Of a stretch of 62,000 nucleotides of DNA, positions 1 to 13,239 are shown one piece after another. The DNA is taken from NCBI GenBank assembly GCA_013265495.1, contig MU058781.1, forward strand, positions 11,637,009-11,699,008, in the 5' to 3' direction. The notes beneath the pieces were generated by a model. It was not told the origin of the DNA and made no database searches. It saw nothing but the letters and a program-made list of their open reading frames with translations. This DNA comes from Vicugna vicugna (taxonomy: Eukaryota). How positions within the stretch are numbered: position 1 is the stretch's first letter; each line of letters opens with the position of its first letter. A program made the position numbers and the translations under genes.

Positions 1-120
1 TTTTGAGTTAGTTTTTGCATATGGTGTAAGGAAGAGGTCCAGATTCTTTCTTTTGCACATGAATATTCAGTTGTCCCAGCACCATCAACTGAAAAATTCC
101 CCATTCAACTGTCTTGGCAT
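1..120 (-). mobile_element. L1 fragment (ORF2 3' region)
   Basis: Typical antisense L1 text tttttgcatatggtgtaagg...cagttgtcccagcaccat. Confidence 0.75.
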
Positions 121-749
121 GCATAATTTAAATTTTATTCTGAATACTTTTGGTTTTTTTCCCCCAAAATTACCAAGAGAAAGGCAGAAAAAAAAGAACA
201 CCAAATCCATATTTTTTCCCCTTTTTTTCATGGAAGAAGCAGTAGATCATTAGAAACAGCATACGCACCAAATGTTTCAGTTGAGCTGGATTTTGCTGGG
301 GATATTTTCTGACACCAGATCAAACCATCCCTTTAGCTTTTCCTCAGTGTTAAAATAGCCAGTCTCCTCTCAAGTCCTACTGTTTTCACAGAACTATTTT
401 GTAAATTAGCTGTACAAGTGAAGCCCCTTAAAAATAGCTAATAATTTCCTTATGGTCTTTATGTGTCAGATACATAGGAGAAGTTAACTCTTATGCCAGG
501 GCAGGGAATAAATGTAGTTTAGCTGCAAGAATTGTTTGATTATAATTTAAAAAATCATAAAAGGTTTATGAAGAAGCATATAATGTCTGGTATTATCCAT
601 TTGCCCAGTGAAACTTTAAAATGCTTAAATCCTGCTGAGACTATTGCCGGGTGGTATTGTCAACTGTATCAGTCTTTTGTGAGAGAAAGTTGGCAACATG
701 TAACACACAGTTAATGGTTTCACTCAGAAATATCTTTTGGAAAATAACT

Positions 750-1090
750 TATGGAAATATCCTAGGAGCAGGAAAAATACATACAAAGACGTGTTATTTA
801 TAAGAGGCAAAAATGGAAAAATATCCTTATGTTCAAGAAGCAGAAGGTGGATAAATAAACTATGTTCTGCAGTGAAATAGAACCTTAAAACTCCAGTTAC
901 TGTTGCGTGGTCTGGTAATATGCACAAATGCATATATTAAATAATGTTGAAATGAGCAAGACAGAATTTGCAATATACACCTTAACTGAAAATGGTCTAA
1001 GGATGGATGTATGTTGACAAAGCTTAAAATTAATATGGCATAATATTAATATCCATTAGATCTATTTGCACAGGAAAAAAAGGCTGCTTA
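750..1090 (+). mobile_element. Old L1 (L1ME-like) 3' fragment
   Basis: gcaaaaatggaaaaatatcc...tggataaataaactatg...ataatgttga pattern of decayed L1 3' ends. Confidence 0.5.
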
Positions 1091-1407
1091 AATGTAAAAC
1101 GGAAGTTAAACTCTTTCTAAAAGCCAAATAAACACTTTTATGTTTCTTCAGCACATCTTTTTCTTAGTTATTTCCCAATTCATTGATTCCTTATTTTAAT
1201 ATGTAGGGGGAAGAAAGAATAAACACTTGGAATGAAGAAAGCAAAGATTTCTCAGAATTTAGCTACTGACATGATCATTCCTGAGAAGTGTAACCAATGC
1301 CTTAATGAAGCATTATTTCTCTGATGCTTGATGAGTTACACTGAGAATGTGTCTGCATATAATTTGGAGTGATAAAGAGTGAACTTTCAGCTTTGGCTAC
1401 AGGGTGG

Positions 1408-1851
1408 TGTATTAATTTCCTGGAGTTGCTATAGCCAAGAACTGCAAACTGGGTGGCTTAAAACAACAGAAATTGTTTCTCTGACAGTTCTGGAGGCTGG
1501 AAATCTAAGATAAAGCTGTCAGCAGGACTGGTTCCTTCTGACGACTCTGAGGAGGATCTGTTCCATGTTTCTTCCCAGCTTCTGGTAACTCCCATCAACC
1601 CTTGGCTTACAGACGCATCATTCCAGTCTCTGCCTCTGTCTTCACCTGACATGCTCTTCCTGTGTCTCTGTGCCTTCTTATAAGGATACCACTTGTATTA
1701 GATTACAGGTCTATCCCATTCCAGTATGATCTCCTTTTAATTTAACTAATCACATTTATAAGAACCCTATTTTCAAAGACTGTCACAACCTGAGGTACTG
1801 TGTTAGGATTTCACTAAATGTTTTTAGGGAAACAAAATTCAACCCCTAACA
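1408..1851 (-). mobile_element. MLT1 (ERVL-MaLR) solo LTR
   Basis: tgtattaatttcct...gggtggcttaaaacaacagaaat...cagttctggaggctggaaatctaagat...aattcaacccctaaca. Confidence 0.88.
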
Positions 1852-3284
1852 GGTGGCCTTAGAGTTAATTTAATTAATGTACTGTTTCAATTCATTGCAG
1901 AATTTTCTCAGAGCAAAATCTAGGCTGCCCACGACAGGTTCTAGGAGGATTCACTCAGGAAAAGGGCTGGTGATGGAGAAGTGGTCTCATGAAAGTGGGA
2001 TGGACTGCTCTAATGGACTGCTAACTTTTCTCCCTGAGAGGGTGGACTCGCTTCTGGCTGATGGTGGAAGTAATGGTTAAGCCTGATGAGTGAAGACAGA
2101 TGGAAACTGTTGTGGGGTAGCTTCTCTTCCCTTGATTTTATATTTCTCAGGGAGGAACACACATTCGAGAAATGCTGCTGTGCGCATCACTACCCCACTC
2201 AGCCTCCTTAGTGGAGGAAGAGTGAAAGCCGATTGGTGAATTTGGAAGATGGCTCTGAGCATGCTCCAAGCATCCCCTTTCTCTCCAATTTGGAGCCAGG
2301 TGCCCGAATGTTCTCTGTTCTTCCACACACTATTCTGTACATGCCCCCTGGGGGAGGCCAGTGGTCATCCAGTGCTGCTTATGACTGGGTGGGTAGCTCT
2401 GCCTAATTCTGGGGCGGTGGGGGGGGGGGGCGGTCAGGATTAGCCCATCACTTGGCCAAGAGATCTAAGCCACACCTTCTAATTTAGCCTTTATCTACAT
2501 TAGAAACATGTCTGCATTTCCTGTTACACAAGTGTTATTCTGATTTTCTTCTTTGTCCTATAGCTAAGTCTCAAATTGGTTCCAAGTTCAGGGAAAAAAA
2601 AGAAAGTCTCTCTATGTCTCCTTGAACCTCCAGAAAAGGTTGCAGTTAACTCATTTTCAGATACCCCCTCTATACTGTAAGGTACACATGCAGCCGACAC
2701 AAAGAAGAGATATGGGGGATACCTATTACTAACCTCCATCTCACAAGCTCCTCCTCTTTTCACAATCATGAGTGAGGGGCAGGATGTGCTGTAGCACAAA
2801 AAAGGGGCCGTGCGGAGAATAAGAGGATGCTTTGTCCATTTCTAGCTGCTTTTCTGCCCGTTTATCAATCAGCAAACATTTAAAGAGAGTCCGTTCTGGG
2901 CAAGGCGCCAACCTAGTCCCCGCTGGGAACACAAAGAACCGTAAGGCAAACAAAGTCCATCCTCAATGCATTTACAGTCTTGTTGGAGAAACAAGGCACA
3001 TAAAAAAGATAAGTTACAAAATAAGACAGGATGTGGTCAGTGCCAGGGAGTTTTATAGGCAATTAAGGAGCCATGAAAATGTGGAGGAGGAGAACACTGT
3101 GGAACACTTTGAACTGGTAAGAAATTGGGGGGATACTTGTAGGACAAGAGAGAATTCCGGACCAGGGGAATGTGCGTGAAAAGTTAGAATGTTAGAATGT
3201 TCCAGATATTTTAGCAAGCAATTTGAGTAACATTTAAGGAGTCCCTGCTGTGTGAAAACCAGGGGATAAGGTGGATACAGTGTC

Positions 3285-3700
3285 ATGTGGTAGTCAAGAG
3301 GGTGGACTCTGAAGCCAAATTTGTTGACTGGAGTTCCAGCTCAGACTCATGTTATTCGGGTAATCGAGGGCAAATCATTATACTCTGTAAGCCTCAGTTT
3401 CCTTGTCTGTAATGCTGGGTGCTGTCATAGACACTGAGGATACAATAGTAAGTAACAAAAGTCCATATTTATTATTTGTGCTTACTGTATGGCATGGGTG
3501 CTATTCTAAGCACTTTATAAATGTTAACTTATTTAATCCACAGAGTGCCCCAGGGAGGTGGGTACTTTTATAAGCCTCATTTTGCAAATGAAGAAAGTGT
3601 GGTCCAGAGAGGCTAATCATCTTGCTCTAGGTCTCACAGCTCACAAATAGCACAGACAGGATGCACACCCAAGAGGCCTGGTGCCAGAATCCATGCTCTT
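3285..3700. mobile_element. Two MIR SINEs in opposite orientation
   Basis: MIR core ctctgtaagcctcagtttccttgtctgtaa (+), then cattttgcaaatgaagaaagtgtggtccagagagg (-). Confidence 0.8.
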
Positions 3701-5319
3701 AACTGTCGCGCGAACCGGCCTTTGAGGTGGAGGGTTCATGAAGGGTGTGGCATTGGGATATGCAATTGCCTAGTGTGGTAATGACCTTGAGGACCAGAGT
3801 AAGGAAAATAAGAATATCTTGCAACTGGAGTTCTTTTCCGTTTACTGCTTTGTTGCTTGAACAAGTTGTTTTGGACTTAAAATTATAGGTTCCATGTGGC
3901 CATTGAAAGCTTTGCAGGAGAGATAAGTAAAAACCTATTTTAAGTTTTTCTTCCTGTGACATAAATTATGGTTTTGGGGCAGAAAGAGTTTGGAGGTAGT
4001 GGACACTAATTAGAAGAGATGATACAGCTGGGTCTAGGGCAGGGGCAGCGGGAATGAAAAATAAGGGACAGATTTGAAAGTGAGTAAAAGGAAGACTATT
4101 AGGTCCATTTGACAATGCTTAACATACTAGTCTACCACAGTATTTAATACCAGGGATATACAGAGCTGTGGGTTTTAAAGGACTCTACAATCACTAATTA
4201 ATTAATCCATTCAACGTGCTGAGAGGCACAGTTAATTGTTAAAAGGAGGCAGCTGACCTCAAAGATGCATATTTTTCTTTCATACTCCATCTTTTTATTT
4301 GGTTTTCATGGTATTGTATATTTCCTGGGAGAGGTGGGAGAAAAGAGACTCCATGTTTGATTACTGTGGTAGGTTTTGAGGCTGCTTAAAGTAATAGCAT
4401 TAGAAAAGGGTAACTTAGAGCTACAACAGGAGATTGTAGATGGGTGTACATAAAAAGGTGAAGTAAGTCTTCTGGCCACATTAGTTCTATGAAAACCTCA
4501 TAATTTAGAGAATGGAGTATATCTGCTAATCTTCAAGAGCGATGTTAGCAAGTCAATGGCTGACTTTGCTCAACGTCATACTAAGGATTCAGTGGTCTGG
4601 AAATGAAAGAATGACTCAAAATGCCTTTGTTCCTACTGAGGCCAGGTGGGAGGGAATCTGAGCTCCAAATTCCACAGGGGCAGGATTATCTAGTCCTCCG
4701 ACAGACATTTAACCCTTCCTTGGTTGGCTATGGAGACCTCAGCAGAAGATGCCGGTGTTCTTCCTCCATTTTTCAGACTTCGACCACACAGATGGATAAT
4801 TAGCAAATTCTCTACATCCAGCAACTTGAGGAAAAGATAATCCTCACTCTTGTCATAAAAATTTCAGTATCATCTTAAACCTCCAGAAAAGTTCTAAGAA
4901 CAAATGTAATGTAAAACAGAATGCTATGCAGCCATTTATGAAACACACATGTATGTACATATGTAGGTGTACATATATGCACAATAATATGTACATACTA
5001 ATATGTAAGGCATTTTGTTGGGAAGATTAGGATAAAAAGGTCTCTCATGGAATTTGCACTGCTAAGAGGAAAAAACAAACTACAAAAGTGTTTTGTATAG
5101 CACAATGCTATTTCAGTTTAAAAAATAGGTATGTGTGTGTGTTTATGCATATATGGGAGTGTGTGTTTGTGTGTATTTATCCTCCTTGGGATTCATTTAG
5201 CTTTTGGGGTAAAGTATTCATCTATTGTGGAAAATTCTCATACTTATGTTTTCTTTCTAAAAATTTTTATTTTGAAATAATTATAGATTCCCAGGAATTT
5301 ACAAAAATAGTTCAAAGAG

Positions 5320-5810
5320 CAATACAGTAAAGCCACAGGATATAAAATCAATATACAAAAATCTGTTGCATTTCTATACACTAACAATGAGCTAGCAGAA
5401 AGAGAAATTAAGAAAACAATCTCATTTACAATTGCAACATAAAGAATAAAGTGCTTGAGAATAAATTTAACCAAGGAGGTCAAAGACTTGTACATGGAAA
5501 ACTATGACATTGTTGAAAGAAATGGAAGAAGACATAATTTTACTATACAGAGTCTTTGTGGGTCTTTCTCTGCCATCTGTAGTTTCTGCTGACTCTTTCT
5601 CATGATGCCTTCCTATCATGAATGGCTGTTGGATTTTGCCCAGTGCTTTTTCTGTATCTATTGATATGATCATCTGATTTTCCTCCTTTAGCTCATTCAT
5701 GTAATGAATTATATTAATTGGTTCTTGAATGTTGAACCAGCCCTACATACCTGGAATAAATCCCACTTGATTGTGGTTATATAATTCTTTTAAAATTTTG
5801 TTGCATTTGA
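5320..5810. mobile_element. L1 ORF2 fragments in both orientations
   Basis: caggatataaaatcaatatacaaaaatctgttgcatttctatacac (+). The minus-strand ORF contains [19 protein letters not shown], an L1 RT-like motif. Confidence 0.85.
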
Positions 5811-6449
5811 TTGAGGTCATGATGCCTTCCTTCCATGTGTGTTTACTTTTTACTCCTAACTACTGTTTTTTCTTGAGATTTTATTTATGTAAATTATGTG
5901 AGGCTCTGGACACAGGTGGGTTCCCTTCAGAATGTTGTTTCTGTAAGGTATCTGGAGTCAATTAGTTTGGGACTCTTCCAAATTAAATTCTTGGCTCAAG
6001 GTATTTCAGTATATTTAGGAGCTGTGAATTTTTTCTGCCACCCTCATTAGGACTAGCTTCTGGTTCCAAATTCTAATTTTTTTTCCTTCCTCCTCTCAGT
6101 TTGACATCGTTTCTAATGTTCTCCAACAGGAGTTGGGGTGGAGATGGGATGAGGAAGCTGATTTATTTCCAGTTCATGTGTATTGCAAGTGAGTCCTCTG
6201 GGATCCCATCTTCGTATGGGGTGGTGTTGGGTAAGGGAAGATCTCCGATCAAGCCCTAGGCTGGCACTGGGTTTTATCTGCTGTGTGGATATGTTTTTTT
6301 CCAAAGATATTTTTTTCAAACATGAGGTCACAGGGGATGTACCTTTCTTTTTACATATTTTCAATTTTAAAAATTAATTAGTCAAAAATACTAAAATAAA
6401 ACAAAATGCTAAAATAAACAAGACAAGCCTGAGATGCATAAAAAAAATA

Positions 6450-7112
6450 AGCCAAGATTGGTGAGGATGTGGAGAAAAGGGAACCCTTGTGCACTGTTGG
6501 TGAGAATGTAAATTAGTGCAGCCACTGTAGAAAACAGTATGATGGTTTCTCAAAAAACTAAAAATAGAACTACCATATGACCCAGCAATTCCCCTCCTGG
6601 CTATATATCAGAAAAAAACAAAAACACCAATTCGAAAAGATACATGTACCCCAATGTTCATAGCAGCATTATTTACAATTGCCTAGATACAGAAGCAACC
6701 TAAGTGTCCATCACAGATGAATGGATAAAGAAGATATAGTAATATGTGCACAATGGAATACTACTTAGCCATAAGAAAGAATGAAATTTTGTCATTTGCA
6801 GCAACATAGTTGGACTTGGATGGCATTATGCTCAGTGAAATAAGTCAGATAGAGAAAGACAAATACTGTATGATATCACTTAAATATCAACAAACTAATG
6901 ACTTTAACAAAAGAGAAGCAGACTCACAGATACAGAGAACAAACTAGTGGTTATCAGTGGTGGGGGGAGAAGGGGTGATATAAGGGTGGAGGAAGGGAGG
7001 GTATAAGACAGGCTGAAGGATTCACTGTACAACACAGGAAATAGAGCTAACATTTTGTAATAACTGTAACTGGAAAGTAACCTTTAAAGTTGTATAAATA
7101 AAAAAATTTTAA
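6450..7112 (+). mobile_element. L1 3' end with A-rich tail
   Basis: ggtgaggatgtggagaaaagggaacccttgtgcactgttggtg...agactcacagatacagagaacaaactagtggtt...aataaaaaa. Confidence 0.92.
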
Positions 7113-7365
7113 AACATTAATTAGAGAAAGATGGTTACATATCTATGTTTATTTAACTTTAATAAACAGCCATAAGTAGGGCAGAGCTGAAGAGTTCTAA
7201 ACAATATAAAACTTTTTTTGGTAAATGTTTCTTTTAAGGTGTAGGGAAAGCCTGAAGTCTGAAGTCCTTCTTTAGAGGAAGGAAGAGAGAAAGAAGTTAC
7301 AAGGAAAGAGATGGCTAGTAGAATACAAGCCCGCATAGTAAGCATAGCTACCTATCAAGGAAAAT

Positions 7366-7847
7366 GTGTATTAATTTCCTACTGCTGCTGTGACAAATTG
7401 CCATAAACTTAGTGGCTTAAAACAACAGAAATTTATTATTTTATAGTTCTGCAGGTTAGAAGTCTGAAACAGATTATCAGGGCTGTGTTCCTGCTGGAGG
7501 CTCTAGGGGAGAATCAATTTTCCTGCCTTTTCCAGCTGCTAGAAGCCACCTGCATTCCTTGGCTCATGTCCCCTTCCATCTTCAAATCCAGCAGTGGCCA
7601 ACTGAGTATTTCTCACACTGCGTCACTCTGACACCAACTCTCCTGCAACCTTCTTCCACATTTAAGAGCACATGTGATGACATCGAGCCTAATAGAATAT
7701 TCTCGGATAATCTCCCCGTGTCAAGTTCAGCTGATTAACATCCTTAATTCTATCCACATAACTCCTCCTTATGATGTAATGAAACGTTCACAGATTTTGC
7801 AGGTTAGGACAAGAGCATCTTTGTTGGGGGGATGATTCTGCCTACCT
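7366..7847 (-). mobile_element. MLT1 (MaLR) solo LTR
   Basis: tgtattaatttcctactgctgctgtgacaaattgccataaacttagtggcttaaaacaac...attctgcctacc. Confidence 0.88.
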
Positions 7848-8205
7848 TAGAAGAAGTCTTTAGGCCATTTGGTCCAATTAAGATGGAGAATGCTTTTACA
7901 TACTATCTGCAGATCAATGATTTTTTAAAATATTGTATTATAAAATAAAACATAAAGAAAACATGCCAAAAATATATAGTTAATGAATTCTTATAAGGCA
8001 AATACTACTGTAACATCCATCTAAGTCTAGAAGTCAAATTTTGACAGCCCCTGTGGAAACCCTTCTGTGTGCCCCAATTCTACCAAAATTACACATGGAA
8101 GATACAACGTTGGATAAATTAATTTTCCTCTATCTTGCAAGAGTTTCAAACACTAGAAATTTATAGGATCTCTGATGATCACAACTGAATTAACTGGGTA
8201 ATTTG

Positions 8206-8366
8206 CTTTGTTTTTGTTTGTTTGTTTGTTTGTTTTTATTATTATTTTTTGGTGGGGGAAGTAATTAGGTTTATCTTATTTATTTTTAGAGGAGATATTG
8301 GGGAATGAACCCAGAACCTCTTGCATGCTAAGCATGCACTCTACCACTTGAGCTATACCTCTCCCC
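8206..8366 (-). mobile_element. tRNA-derived SINE (camelid Vic-1 type)
   Basis: Reverse complement reads ggggagaggtatagctcaagtggtagagtgcatgcttagcatgcaagaggttctgggttcattcccc...aaacctaattac, with A/B boxes and an A-rich tail. Confidence 0.85.
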
Positions 8367-8477
8367 ATTTGTTTTTATCTTAATTTTAATTTTTAATTTT
8401 TTTTTTAGATTTTGTTTTTTATTTGAAGTGTGATTGATTTACACTGTTAGTTTCAGGTGTACAGCAAAGTGATTCAG
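8367..8477 (-). mobile_element. Short L1 3' tail
   Basis: tttatttgaagtgtgattgatttacactgttagtttcaggtgtacagcaaagtgattcag. The SINE plus tail is bracketed by aactgggta(a/c)tttg at 8192-8205 and 8478-8491. Confidence 0.8.
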
Positions 8478-10417
8478 AACTGGGTACTTTGAAATTTTTA
8501 TAAAATCAACTGCAGCATGAAATAAAATGATTGCCTCATGTAGAGAAACAAAATGGGATTAGGGGAAAAGCACAAAAGAGAGTATGCCATCTTTCTTCTT
8601 CCTCCTTTGGCTCTGGTACAATTTCTTCTCTTTAGTTACAGAGAGTAGCAGAGCCTGTGAAACAATGCTTCCCATCTGAGGCTGTCTTTGAATGTGATGC
8701 TCAAGATCTCAACCTAGGACCCCAGAGGCATCAGTCTGCACATAAAATCAGATGAACAGATTGCCATCAAGCTCTCTGCAGGACCTGTGCTAAGGCATCT
8801 TGCAAAACTCCTTATATAACAATAACAATAATAATAATAACATAATTAAGGTATACATGTAATTGACTGAATGATTTTTTCTGGGAATAAAACATTCAGC
8901 GAGGCAATTTCTTGGGAGATTGGGAGTATTTTTCATACTTGAGCTACTGAAGTAAGTCATCACTGGGAAATCACAAACCAGCTATTTCACGATCATTATA
9001 CAAAATTTGCATGGAGTTTTATTGCGTCTCATCAGCCTTATTAATATGGTATTAAGTTTACCAAATTACCAAATCCTAGCCCAAAACATTTTGTTTTATG
9101 CTGTATTTTTGATTCCTGTATCAGACAGCTGGGATGCCACGTGTTGGGACCCTGCCGAGTCGGGAAATTATACATTTGACGATTATGAAATTGGGCTTGA
9201 TTGATTTAATCACTGTAATCACTGGCATTGTGCAGACAGGCAACCAGGAGGGTTTCATTCTGACAATTATGCGCGATGAATTCACGTTACACGAGAGGCT
9301 CGTCCCTGTGTTTATTTCCGTCTATCGGGAAGGAGGATGGAGAACAAGGCATGGTCCAGGGGGTGGCAATGCTGGGCGAACCCATATTACGCAGCCAGGG
9401 AAAGATAAGTTCAAGTAACAAGCTTAATGAAGTCATTATGCTTTACCTGGTTCCCTCTGGACCTGGCCATGCAAAGAATTTGCATCTAATGAAATGCATG
9501 CTTATGCCATTATCACTCAAAGAGGATTAAAGGGCAGAGTATCTGGCCCATGGTAGGAGCTCCATAGATACTCCTTTCTCCATTAAAAATCCTTCAGGGC
9601 GTCTAGGGAGCTGTGGCGGGAAGAGCTACTCCTGACCATCACCCTTCCTTGTAATTACCTGTTACCCTAAGCCCCCTGCAGGGAGGTGGGCTTGGGGAGA
9701 ATGAGTACTTCCCTCCCTCCTGGCTCTACAGATGATTCAAGTTATTGACCAGAGGGGTGTCTCCCCATTGGGAAGTGGTACAAAATTAGTGGAGCTAGTC
9801 AATCTTTGGGAAAGCTTTGAAGAAAGCCAGCAAAGCCTAAGCTGTTCTCATCATTGTCAAATCTCAAAACTCTGGCTGGGAAAGGAACATGCCGCAGTTT
9901 GGGAAATCAGCTCTTTTTCACAGCATTCTGGGGTGTGATTTGGAAGAAGGCTGCGTGTGGGAGTGTGGAAAGTGGGAAACAAGAGGAGAGAAGGATTCGA
10001 GGGGTGGGTAGTTTGTTCCAAGATATTGTTCAAGTGCAGAATAAAGGACAAAGACATATTGTCCGTTGCCACCGTACACGGAATCACAGTAGAAAGGAAG
10101 GAGGACTTTGAAGACCATCTGTTTCAACCCCTTCATTTTGCTGCCAAGGGAGTGAGGCCTGGCGAGAGTGACCAGGATCACACAGCTGGTGGGAAGTCAA
10201 GGCGTTCCTGCAATGCAGGTCTCTGGACGTGCCTTGTACACGTTTCCCAGGTGACTCCCTGCACTTACAAATTCACTTATAACCTATAATTGGCTCCTCT
10301 TTTAACTGGCATAAAGCTTCCATTAGGGCAAAAGTGACTGCATAAATTAAAGAATATATTAGTTGTTTTCCTGTAACATAGTATGTGATCTCATTTAATC
10401 CTCAAAATAGCTCTGTA

Positions 10418-10631
10418 CAGTAGGTATTTTCATTATTTTCTTTTATGGATGAGGAGAGTGAGGAGGAAGAGAAATTATGTGATTTAGAGATTAAGTGCCT
10501 GGGCCTCAAATTGGAGCCCAGGTCCAGTAGGTATTTTCATTATTTTCTTTTATGGATGAGGAGAGTGAGGAGGAAGAGAAATTATGTGATTTAGAGATTA
10601 AGTGCCTGGGCCTCAAATTGGAGCCCAGGTC
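10418..10631. repeat. Perfect 2 x 107 bp tandem duplication inside a MIR remnant
   Basis: Unit cagtaggtattttc...ggagcccaggtc at 10418-10524 and 10525-10631. Confidence 0.95.
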
Positions 10632-10989
10632 CTCAGAACCCCGCCCCAAGCCACACATCTCAGCTGCAAGACCCCAGTCCTGCTATGTGTAGTGAACTTT
10701 CATGCATGACCCCTCTGCATCAAAGGTGGACTTCAATTGCCTTCCCTATGTCAAGGATTTATGTCCGTATCTCAAGCAGTAGCTCAAAGATTTTGAGCTA
10801 TTGCTGCCATCAAGAGGGAAAGTGAGCCCTCTCTCGCCTAGGGGAGGGTCTTTGGGGCTATTTTCAGTGTCTGCTCCTGATGGTGTCACTCTCAGCTGAG
10901 TGGAAGCACCATCTACACCCAGCCTCCAGCCAGAGGACTGGTGGGTTAGAACATCAGTCTGTAACAAATCCTTGTGATCGCCACCAAAT

Positions 10990-11520
10990 CAGTGGTTCTC
11001 AGCTGGGGCAACTGTGCTCCCCCAGGGACTTTTGGCCATGTCTGGAGATACTTTTCATGGTTAAAAATAGAGGGTGATATACTGTACACCAGAAATTGAT
11101 GCAACATTGTAAACTGACTAACTTTAATATAAACAAACAAATAAATAAATGAATGTTAGAGGAAATGTATTTTTTTAAAAAAAGGGTGGGAGGGTGGGAG
11201 TGGGGAATGAGAGGTTGCTGCCGGCACTGAGTGGCTAGAGGGTAGGGATGCTGCTAAACGGTCAGGACTAGAGTGAGGCAAGTGAGGCACCTAGGATGCA
11301 TGATTTAAGGAGGTACTTACTCTCAGAGTCACGCAAATGTTGGACCTATACTTGCAGGTCTCTGAGAGCAAGTGCCTCCTTAAACTGTGTGCCTTGGATG
11401 CCCCACTTGCCTCACCCCATCCCTGGCCTGCTCCAAATATCCTGCAATGCACAAGATAGCTTCTAACAACAAAGAGTTATCCAGCCCAGCATGTCATAGC
11501 GTCCAGGGTAAGAGACCCCG
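10990..11520. mobile_element. MER20 (hAT) interrupted by an L1 3' tail (~11060-11160) and a MER96-like palindromic element (~11259-11430)
   Basis: cagtggttctcagctgggg...agggatgctgctaaac / atcctgcaatgcacaag...aaagagttatccagcccagcatgtca. The inner element has inverted arms gtgaggcaagtgaggcacc / ccacttgcctcacc. Confidence 0.8.
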
Positions 11521-11714
11521 TACTACATCATGCTGTCTGTTGCCTGAACAACATTGAAAGAGCCACACTTTTCAGAGATGGTACCTTGACTCCCGGCTGC
11601 TTCTGTATGTGGCCAGTTTAATCAGCTCATTGCTTTTCCTTCTCTTATTACCTTCCACCACTTTCCCATCATTAGACAAGTCATATAAAGTGCTTGTGAG
11701 AGAGAGCACGTAGG

Positions 11715-12110
11715 GCAATGGCTTTAAATTTTAGCTTGCATCAGAATCACCTAAAGCTTGTTAAATCACAGGTCTCTGGGCCCCACCCCAGTGTCTCTGA
11801 TTCAGGATGTCTGGAGTAGGGCCTGGAATGCCATTTGGCACATGCTCTCAGGTGATGCTATTATTGTTGGTCCAGGGACCACACTTTGAGAACCACTATT
11901 CTAGGGCCTAGCTATGCAAAGAGTGGCCCAGGGACCTGGGAATATCTGATCACCTGGGAGAAATGCAGAGTCTCAGGTCCTCTACTGCTGAGCCACTGTG
12001 GGTAGAATCAGCATTGGCCATTTAACAGATCCCCAGGTGACCCCTGTGCCCAGGAAACTTTGAGGAGCTGGTTTTGGAATCAGTGGTTCTTTATTCTGGT
12101 TGCACATTAG
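11715..12110. mobile_element. MER5A/MER5B hAT-Charlie fragments
   Basis: tgcatcagaatcacc...gggaccacactttgagaaccact; tcacctgggag...ccccaggtga. Confidence 0.8.
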
Positions 12111-12329
12111 AATAACCAGAGGAAGCTCTTTGACTTACTGAGCTGAAGAACCTTTATTCACCATCCTCCCTGCAGAGAGTGCTTTTACGAGTCACTCAGT
12201 CGGTGGGAGGGTGAGACCCATAAGTGTACACTTGGATCACCAAGGTACCCACTAAGCCATCAGGCTGGAGTCTGAGATGGATGGGCCCTGGACCAGCGCC
12301 AGGATGGATTTAGCTGACAAGGTTCTCCA

Positions 12330-12790
12330 TGATTGGTCCTGCCCCGCTCTCTAACTTCACCTCTTTCCACTCTCTCCTACTTGCTCAGCCAGGCACCCAG
12401 CCACCGGCCCTCTCCTTATTTCTATTCTTCCAACCTGCTGAGCTCACTCATCTCAGGATGTTTACCCCTGACACTCTCCTCTCCTGATCTTCAGATCTTC
12501 ATGTGGCTGGTTGATAGTTCAGTCTCAGCCCAGATGTCACCTCCTGGAGAAACCTCCCCGTAGTCCCCCCAACCCCCGACCAATCCTGATCGCTCCCTGT
12601 TCTACTCTTTCTATCCCACTGTCCTGTTTAATCTTCTTCAATCTTCTTCTTCTTCATGACTCTTACTAGGTGAAATTATCTATTGATTATGTGCTTATCA
12701 TCTACCTCCTCCACCAAAGCAAGGAGGAACTGCTCCACAGAGTAGCTGCTCAATAAGTATTTGTTGAATAAACAAAATAAATGAGTTTGG
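12330..12790 (+). mobile_element. L2 3' end
   Basis: tctcagcccagatgtcacctcct...gctcaataagtatttgttgaataaacaaaataaatga. Confidence 0.8.
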
Positions 12791-13019
12791 GGATTGTTTA
12801 AAGGATTAGAGTTCAAATGCCTTTCATAAGAGAGGCGAGAGATCCTTGAAGTTTTTGGGTAGAAATGAATAAATTAGTTACACTGAAGCAGCTATAGAAC
12901 CTTCAGGGCTCTGTGGTTCGAAAACAGAGTCAGATGGAACCATGGAAGCACACTTGCCAGATCTGCAGATCAGAACACTGGAAGGCAGTGACTCCACTGG
13001 CTGAGAGCACTGGGCTCCA

Positions 13020-13230
13020 AAGCTGTAGGAGACAATATGGTGAATTGCCTAAGAGCTTGGCCTTTAAATATAGCAAATACGGATGTGACTTTGAGCAAGT
13101 TAACCAGGCCAAATGGCAAATTCTTCAAGTATGAAATGAGAATAGTAATTGTGTCTACCTCATAGGGTATTTGTGAGATTCAAAATGGAATAATGGACAC
13201 AGAGCTTTTGACATATTATTATTATCATTA
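13020..13230 (+). mobile_element. MIR
   Basis: tgtgactttgagcaagttaacc...tgaaatgagaatagtaat...ctacctcatagggt. Confidence 0.7.
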
Positions 13231-13239
13231 ATTATCTTT

